Source: a virus
Virus record (IMG/VR): IMGVR_UViG_3300025949_000023
Coordinates: 8,044 to 72,043 of that record
Length of the DNA: 64,000 bases
Direction: 5' to 3' (one strand)
Each line of letters starts with the position of its first letter. Within the stretch, counting starts at the first letter, position 1. Below, one piece after another: positions 58,184 to 64,000 of this stretch. The notes under the pieces are model-generated. The model was not told the DNA's origin, made no database searches, and saw only the letters and a program-made list of their open reading frames with translations. A program made the position numbers and the translations under genes.

Positions 58184-59710
58184 TTATTCAAACGGTGCTT
58201 TATCAGCGTCAAATCCTTCGTCAAAATCGCCGGTTGTTACCTGCCCAACCCGTACCCATGGCTGGCTAATAGGTGCTGGCGCCTCTCCCTTTTCATCGTC
58301 AGGGTTAAGGAATTTCTGCCGCCAGAACTCCACCCGCAGCCGCGTGGTGTGTAACTTCCCTCCGCGGTGTTTTGCAATCTCCACTACTCTTTCCATTATT
58401 ACCCCATCATCAGGCTTGTAAATGAAAATTACCATATCGCTATCCATTTCAATCGAAGCACTACTACGAAGGTCGGAAAGCATAAGCCTGTTACCTTTTC
58501 TCTTTGCCACCTCCCTGTTTACCTGGGCCAGCTGAATAATGGGTATTTTCAATTCTTTGGCCAGTATCTTCAAATTGCCGGTTGTATCGCTTATTTCTTC
58601 TTCTTTAGTGGCGCGCTTATCTTTAATCGCTCCTTTCATCAGCTGCAGGTAATCAATTACAATCATCCATCTCTCGTTTGGGTCAAGTCCTTGGGCTATC
58701 CTTTGCTTTGCCCTTTTACGCATCAGCCGCTTTACCTTGCTACGTATCTGTACGTAGTTTATACCCGGCGTATCGTCAATAAACAGCGGCAGGCTTTCCA
58801 AATACTTAGTGGCGTGCATGACTTTCTCACTTTCCTTGGGAGTGAGCTTACCAGTATCAATCTTCTCAAAACCTACACCAGTCTCTGCAGACACTATACG
58901 GTTGATTATTTGCGCTCTGTCCACCTCCAGTGTAAATATAGCCACACACGTAAAATAAGGCATTTTTGAGGCATTTGCGGCGATATTAAGGGCTATGGCA
59001 GTCTTGCCGTCCGATGTTCCGGCAGCAATCGTTATTAAGCTGCCCGGCCTGAAACCGTGTGTTACCTTGTCTATTTCTTTAAACCCGCTGGGAATACCCA
59101 CCAAATCCTCTGTTATTGCCGCTTTCCTTTCCAATTCATTGTGAAACTCCACCATTCCGTCCACCATGTCCGAAAACTCCTTACCGTTGCTCCCTTCGCC
59201 TATTTTGTTGGCCTGACTGGCAAATGAGTCTATAAGCTCGTACACATCAGCAGCATCTTCGTAAGCCTGCGCCATGGCCTCAGTTCCTACCTTTATCACT
59301 TGGCGGGCAAGATACTTCTCCTGTACCGTCCTGCAGTGCGCTTCAATATTGTTTAACGAGCTGGATGATGTTTTGCCGGTTAAGGTGGTAAGGTAGTAAG
59401 GTCCGCCAATCAACTCCAATTCTTCGCTCTTATTTAACTCCTGCATCACGGCCAGTTCCTCAATTACTACATGCGCTTTATGCAGGCGGTTAAAAGCGGC
59501 AAAGATTTTCTGGTGGGTATTTGTGTAAAAACTCTCCGGTGTTAAAATCTCCGCTGCTGTTTCGTAGGCGTCGGCATTCATCATGCACGCTCCCAGTATA
59601 GCCTCCTCAATCTTTATGGCCTGGGGTTGTATTTTGCCCCCCATAATCATATCCGCGTCATACACCGGCGCACGCTGCACACGTTTCCTTAATCCTTGCT
59701 CTATACCCAT
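58184..59710 (-). CDS. dnaB: Replicative DnaB-family helicase
   Basis: PQAIKIEEAILG; Walker A AAGTSDGKT; IVIDYLQL; LAQVNRE; LSDLRSSASIE; IAKHRGG. Confidence 0.95.
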   Translation of the reverse strand: MGIEQGLRKRVQRAPVYDADMIMGGKIQPQAIKIEEAILGACMMNADAYETAAEILTPESFYTNTHQKIFAAFNRLHKAHVVIEELAVMQELNKSEELELIGGPYYLTTLTGKTSSSSLNNIEAHCRTVQEKYLARQVIKVGTEAMAQAYEDAADVYELIDSFASQANKIGEGSNGKEFSDMVDGMVEFHNELERKAAITEDLVGIPSGFKEIDKVTHGFRPGSLITIAAGTSDGKTAIALNIAANASKMPYFTCVAIFTLEVDRAQIINRIVSAETGVGFEKIDTGKLTPKESEKVMHATKYLESLPLFIDDTPGINYVQIRSKVKRLMRKRAKQRIAQGLDPNERWMIVIDYLQLMKGAIKDKRATKEEEISDTTGNLKILAKELKIPIIQLAQVNREVAKRKGNRLMLSDLRSSASIEMDSDMVIFIYKPDDGVIMERVVEIAKHRGGKLHTTRLRVEFWRQKFLNPDDEKGEAPAPISQPWVRVGQVTTGDFDEGFDADKAPFE

Positions 59711-60031
59711 TTAAGCAGTGTTTTTTAAAGTGAGGGCGGTTTTATCCAAAGTTATACTCGAACACATCAAAGCCGTGAGAAAAAAATCTCCCAACCCGCC
59801 TGAGTCAATAACAAGTAATTGTGGGTAATCTGGGTGATGAACTGTAATCTGAGTACCCAAATTCTCCTCTATACAATCGTCGGGAATGCCAACAATTTCC
59901 ACAAAGTGCTGCAGGGATTGAATATTGTCCATATCCATACCCTTGTTATAGTTTATTATCCGGTAACTACGACACCCGTTTGAAAAAAGATGGTCAAAAG
60001 AATCCGGCACTTCGTATATCTCTACTGCCAT
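59711..60031 (-). CDS. Hypothetical protein
   Basis: 106 aa; T7 run near the 3' end. Confidence 0.5.
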   Translation of the reverse strand: MAVEIYEVPDSFDHLFSNGCRSYRIINYNKGMDMDNIQSLQHFVEIVGIPDDCIEENLGTQITVHHPDYPQLLVIDSGGLGDFFLTALMCSSITLDKTALTLKNTA

Positions 60032-60034
60032 AAC

Positions 60035-60460
60035 CTACTGTTTTACCGCGTTACGCTCCGTCCAGTTTTTAAAAGTAAGGAACGCTGAAACATTTTTGTT
60101 TAAATCTTTATAGTTGTGCATGCGCAGCAGCATGTCCTGTATCTCTTTTTGCGAATAACCTGGTTTTGCATCCTGCCGCCATTTCATAAGGGTTAGATAC
60201 TGGGCCTGTGTAAACGGCTCTTTCATCTTTCCCACCCGTGGTGTCCATGTGTTAACCCATTCCTTAAACTTTATATACCCTTCGTCCTCCAGTCCCTGTA
60301 TTTGGGGTTGTATAGGCGCTTCCTGCCGCTCTGGCGCCGTTTCCATACTTTTACCCGCAGCCTTAATTATACGGGCTAAAATCTCTTTATTTACGGGTAC
60401 GCCTGCCTTGTTGGTTATTATGCCTCCGGCGTTTATTTTAAAGAGTTCCATCAGAAACAT
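60035..60460 (-). CDS. Stand-alone initiator C-terminal-like domain protein
   Basis: FKEWVNTWTPRV...MHNYKDLNK matches the C-terminus of the 31044-31715 initiator. Confidence 0.65.
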   Translation of the reverse strand: MFLMELFKINAGGIITNKAGVPVNKEILARIIKAAGKSMETAPERQEAPIQPQIQGLEDEGYIKFKEWVNTWTPRVGKMKEPFTQAQYLTLMKWRQDAKPGYSQKEIQDMLLRMHNYKDLNKNVSAFLTFKNWTERNAVKQ

Positions 60461-61247
60461 TTAAGAGGTTATCAAGCTCTTTTTTATGTTTGTCGATGTA
60501 GCCTTGGTACTGGTTAATTGAATTCTGTACGCTATCTATTTGCTGCTGCTTAAAAGCCGAAACCTTTACAGGGTCTAACTTAATACCATATTTTTTAGCA
60601 CTGGTTATTGTATCTGTTCCATACTTTTCAGTAGCAAGAATTAACTCCGTTGCCTTTTGCAACGCTTCCTCGTATGTTTCAAACGGCCATACATCTATCC
60701 ATGTGCCGCTGCCATCATAATATTGGTTTACCCTTAACTGCAGAGAGCCATCATCTCTACCGAAGAAAGAAAAAAGCTTTAATTCCCGGCTATTCCATAT
60801 ATCCCATGTATCTTCACTATTAAACTCTGAATCAAAAGGCCTTATTTCAACTCGGCTATACCTGTTAATCACAACAAACTTAATCTTGCCGGTAACAAAG
60901 GCAACATAAGTAAGAAGGCTTTTGTCTGAAAAGCTTTTTGATAGTTTTTGAGCATAGGTAGACATATTAACCAAAAGAGACTTTTGTTCCTGAAATCTTT
61001 TTTTAAGCCTGTCTAACTCAGTATCATACTCCTTTTTGGTTTTTTCATAAAAAGCCTCTATTCTCTTCGTCTCAGTTTCCTTCCAGCTAACAGCTGGGGC
61101 GTCGTGCAGGGATGTTACCACAAAGTTTTCGCCACTGGGTATTTCATTACCATTAACAACGAATACTTCCTGAACTATTTTTTGCTGGGCATTAAGATTA
61201 CCTATAACCACAACCTTTTTACCGTCGTTGGTGAATTTAAATTCCAT
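60438..61247 (-). CDS. Conserved phage protein with coiled coil
   Basis: 269 aa; DGKKVVVIGNLN...EIPSGENFVV.SLHDAP. Confidence 0.65.
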   Translation of the reverse strand: MEFKFTNDGKKVVVIGNLNAQQKIVQEVFVVNGNEIPSGENFVVTSLHDAPAVSWKETETKRIEAFYEKTKKEYDTELDRLKKRFQEQKSLLVNMSTYAQKLSKSFSDKSLLTYVAFVTGKIKFVVINRYSRVEIRPFDSEFNSEDTWDIWNSRELKLFSFFGRDDGSLQLRVNQYYDGSGTWIDVWPFETYEEALQKATELILATEKYGTDTITSAKKYGIKLDPVKVSAFKQQQIDSVQNSINQYQGYIDKHKKELDNLLNVSDGTL

Positions 61248-61269
61248 GTGTTTATTTTTTTGTGTTTTG

Positions 61270-61337
61270 AGCCGCTTACAGGGGTCGAACCCGTACTTAA
61301 CTGCGTTGCCATCGTGCTGCCATTACACTAAAGCGGC
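61270..61337 (-). ncRNA. tRNA-like RNA lacking a canonical anticodon arm
   Basis: Acceptor GCCGCTT/AAGCGGC plus T discriminator; D arm TA-GTGT-AATGGCA-GCAC; T arm ACGGG-TTCGACC-CCTGT; only 19 nt between D and T arms, with no 5-bp stem. Confidence 0.7.
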
Positions 61338-61345
61338 TACCTCCT

Positions 61346-61873
61346 TTATTCGCCCTCTGGAAAATCCATGCTTGTTTGTACTGGCGCTGCGTCCATGTAC
61401 ACCAACAGTTCTTTTTGGCACACCTTAATCTTTGCCACCAGGTCGTCAACATACTCATACCCACCCTCAGCGCCTACAACCTCAGTTGGCACATTTGAGT
61501 TGTGCGATTTGCCGTTGGGAAGTGTTTCGGTTACGCTCAGGCTTATAGATGTTCCCTGCTTTGTTTGGGTAATACTCCATCCCGTACAGTGCCAGTTGTC
61601 GCCTTCCCACAATTCTTCACCATCTTTGGGCGGCTTCCAGTCAATACTTTTTGGCTCGTTCTTTTTGCCTTTAATATCCAGCACAGTGCTGTTTGCCCGG
61701 AAAAGCATAGCTGCACAATGAGCATCTAAAGAGGCAAACGCATTGGTTAAATCCTCGTGCGGCTCCCGGTCAGATGGCCCCCAGCTATTCGGTATGCCAG
61801 CTTCTGTAAAATCAATGGTTACTTTGGGGCCTTTGAGAATCTTGCCTCCTGTAACAATTCTTGTTTCTGCCAT
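61346..61873 (-). CDS. Hypothetical protein
   Basis: 175 aa; EPHEDLTNAFASL motif; acidic tail. Confidence 0.6.
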   Translation of the reverse strand: MAETRIVTGGKILKGPKVTIDFTEAGIPNSWGPSDREPHEDLTNAFASLDAHCAAMLFRANSTVLDIKGKKNEPKSIDWKPPKDGEELWEGDNWHCTGWSITQTKQGTSISLSVTETLPNGKSHNSNVPTEVVGAEGGYEYVDDLVAKIKVCQKELLVYMDAAPVQTSMDFPEGE

Positions 61874-61906
61874 TGGTTAATGGTTTTTATTGTGGTAAAA
61901 TGTGGT

Positions 61907-62416
61907 TTACTTAGCGTCCAGTGAATAATCCGTTTTAATTGAGCCCTTTGGAACTTTTAATACATAAGTATCGTTCCATGGGCAGTGCAATGTAAACCGG
62001 TTATACAGGATTGGTTTTTCCTCTTTGTGATAAACAAAAACAGATGGTGCACCGCTTGTGTATTTAACTTCGGCATTGGTGTAGTCTACTTGCCGCATGC
62101 GGAATGTCTCGCTATCTACCTGGTAGTAAAACGTATATTTAAATGTGCCGCTTACACTGCCATACCCAAGATAAAAGCGGCCTTGTACTGAGGGGTTATC
62201 CTGTAAAGAAACAAGCGTTAAGGTGTAGTTTTTGTCCTCCAATTTTGGAGGTATTAAAACCGCTATACCAATACCGACTGCTGCTCCTAAAAGAATAGCA
62301 CCGAAATAACTAATAATGTTAATCCCATCAATCGGTGTGAATAAATCATCATATTTAATTACCCACCAAATCCTCCATATTAAAAAAATAACTGCGAATA
62401 AAATAATAGTGTACAT
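61907..62416 (-). CDS. Membrane protein (2 TM plus soluble beta domain)
   Basis: 169 aa; LVSLQDN..VQGRFYLGYG. Confidence 0.65.
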   Translation of the reverse strand: MYTIILFAVIFLIWRIWWVIKYDDLFTPIDGINIISYFGAILLGAAVGIGIAVLIPPKLEDKNYTLTLVSLQDNPSVQGRFYLGYGSVSGTFKYTFYYQVDSETFRMRQVDYTNAEVKYTSGAPSVFVYHKEEKPILYNRFTLHCPWNDTYVLKVPKGSIKTDYSLDAK

Positions 62417-62597
62417 GTGTTTATTGTTAATTAGTGAAAAATCCTGTTTCTTTCCTTCTCGCTCAGCACCTCGTGTAATCCTGTTTTGTCCACCACCATG
62501 TGGTGCTCATTCGCCCGGGGTATCTTCTCACGCTTCAATGGTAACTTAGGCAGGGTGTATAGCCAGCCAAGAAGCAGTCCTATGGTGAGAAGAATTG

Positions 62598-63311
62598 TCA
62601 CTTTTTCGGAGCTGGTTCTTGTATGACTGAATTACATTCCGGGTGCCATATTTTAGTTCCACTCCAATCTCCGTAGGCAGAACCCTTAAAGCCTCTTTTA
62701 CCGCAGACGCAGCATTTAGTCCAGTACCTCCTTTTTAATCGCTCAAATGGATGAAATTGTATTTTCCAGTGATGGATGTGCCACTTAGGATGCTGGTACC
62801 ACGGGCGACACTTTCTCATTATATCCGCGGATATAATTGAAATAAAGTGTGATACTCTTTCCTCCGGTTTCTCTACACCGTACTGCATTGTGATTGAGGA
62901 AAATAAACTATCTGTTGGGTTTTCAGCAAAGTGAATAATATCAAAAAGATGCTTTTGCATAAACTTTTTATGCCTCTGCCTGTCTGGCTTACCATTGTTT
63001 TGATGCATGAAAATAACCCAAGATATTTTTGTGTACATCTCCAACGTAAGGCCGATAACGCTAAATTTTGGATAGCCCCCTTCATTAAACCAGTAGTTGT
63101 GCTTAAAGTTAAACTCAACCTCTTTTCTAACCTTTTCAAGTAAAATTTTATCAATATGGCGACTACGTATAAACCACCCGCAACTATCATCAGTGCCATC
63201 TTTTTCAGGGTCAACATGCCAGATGGTTATTATAGGGGAGCGGTAACTTCCATTTTTTCTTTCTTTTGCGCCCAGATAAATTTCGTGAGCAACACACATT
63301 GGGTCGTGCAT
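62598..63311 (-). CDS. Conserved hypothetical protein with His/Cys motifs
   Basis: ITIWHVDPE.DGTDDSCGW, WYQHPKWHIHHW and CCVC. Confidence 0.65.
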   Translation of the reverse strand: MHDPMCVAHEIYLGAKERKNGSYRSPIITIWHVDPEKDGTDDSCGWFIRSRHIDKILLEKVRKEVEFNFKHNYWFNEGGYPKFSVIGLTLEMYTKISWVIFMHQNNGKPDRQRHKKFMQKHLFDIIHFAENPTDSLFSSITMQYGVEKPEERVSHFISIISADIMRKCRPWYQHPKWHIHHWKIQFHPFERLKRRYWTKCCVCGKRGFKGSAYGDWSGTKIWHPECNSVIQEPAPKK

Positions 63312-63317
63312 AATATT

Positions 63318-64000
63318 TTATTTTAAACTTACTTTAAACACCCTGCTTTTTTTAACATTCTCCTTCCAGGTCACTTTACCATTTTCACCAAAGCTTAGCG
63401 TGCTGGCCTCACCCATAGCATCCTTTATCTTGTTGGCATAAAGGTTCTTCTCCGTCTCAATGGGTTTAAGCTGAGCACTTAATTCCTCGTACTTCTTTGC
63501 CCATTCGTATTCTTCCTCAGTACCTTTTGTTTCGTAGCCTTTATCCTGGTTTTTAACTTTTAGGAAATCGCTCATGGCAATGCTCCCGTCAATTTCCGGC
63601 GATAACCTTTCCATGCAGGCGTAGTTCATAGCCCGTGTTTCTTCGTCCGGCGCCACAAGGCTTAAAAGGTAAAACTCAATACCTTTCTTCACATCCTCGT
63701 AGAATGACTTGGATTTGGTTATTATAGCCTCAAAAAGCGCCTCACTTTTGTCAAAGGGCAAAACCTCCATCTCCCGGCCATCCTTTAAAATAGCGCTCTC
63801 TCCGTACGCCAGTTCAATACAACCAATAGCGGTTTGTATCTGGAAGATATAGTAAGGGGGGAATCCCGCCTCCCACTGGTCTGCAGCATAACCGGATATT
63901 GTTTTACATTCCAGCAGGCCCTCCGCGCTGGTGTCGGTTTTGTTTATTATCCTGTCCGCACTCACAAATATCCAAGGGTATTTCTTGTTCTGCGCATAAG
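63318..64000 (-). CDS. YqaJ/lambda-exonuclease-family recombination nuclease (5' end beyond window)
   Basis: Frame open to the edge (..KYPWIFVSADRII); GLLECKT and PPYYIFQIQ. Confidence 0.85.
   Translation of the reverse strand, partial: YAQNKKYPWIFVSADRIINKTDTSAEGLLECKTISGYAADQWEAGFPPYYIFQIQTAIGCIELAYGESAILKDGREMEVLPFDKSEALFEAIITKSKSFYEDVKKGIEFYLLSLVAPDEETRAMNYACMERLSPEIDGSIAMSDFLKVKNQDKGYETKGTEEEYEWAKKYEELSAQLKPIETEKNLYANKIKDAMGEASTLSFGENGKVTWKENVKKSRVFKVSLK

Noticed and set aside
59730-59790. Programmed -1 frameshift at a T7 run (would give ...DFFSHGFDVFEYNFG*)
   Set aside because: The annotated frame already ends flush with the dnaB start and no stimulatory structure was seen; it cannot be distinguished from chance or a homopolymer error

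Overview
This window is about 64 kb of a tailed dsDNA phage infecting a Bacteroidota host. The host is inferred from TTTG-N~20-TAnnTTTG promoters, the lack of Shine-Dalgarno sites and an A-x-S|Q signal peptide; the standard genetic code is used. The minus strand from 43.5 kb to 1 carries a crAss-like/podoviral morphogenesis block: portal, scaffold, major capsid protein, terminase, ring/tail proteins, a 1.3-kaa nozzle, ejection proteins and a beta-helix tailspike cut by the window edge. Inserted in this block are GroEL with a triple-domain GroES, a glycosyltransferase/methyltransferase cluster, tRNA-Asp, a PurD-like ATP-grasp plus HExxE metalloprotein pair, and a plus-strand island (GIY-YIG nuclease, GT9-like enzyme, iteron-containing replication initiator, RNase H, PAPS-reductase-like protein). 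A ~0.7-kb non-coding switch at 45.6-46.3 kb holds a palindromic operator array and a 28-bp dif-like XerCD site. Small plus-strand early genes follow (46-52 kb), including a textbook type I hammerhead ribozyme. The window ends in a minus-strand lambdoid-type replication/recombination arm (YqaJ, DnaB, nucleases, ASCH) with an anticodon-less tRNA-like RNA and two adjacent mini-ORFs resembling terminase and portal fragments. No virion RNA polymerase, DNA polymerase, integrase or lysis gene was recognised in the window. All assignments are by eye from motifs and synteny; no database search was run.
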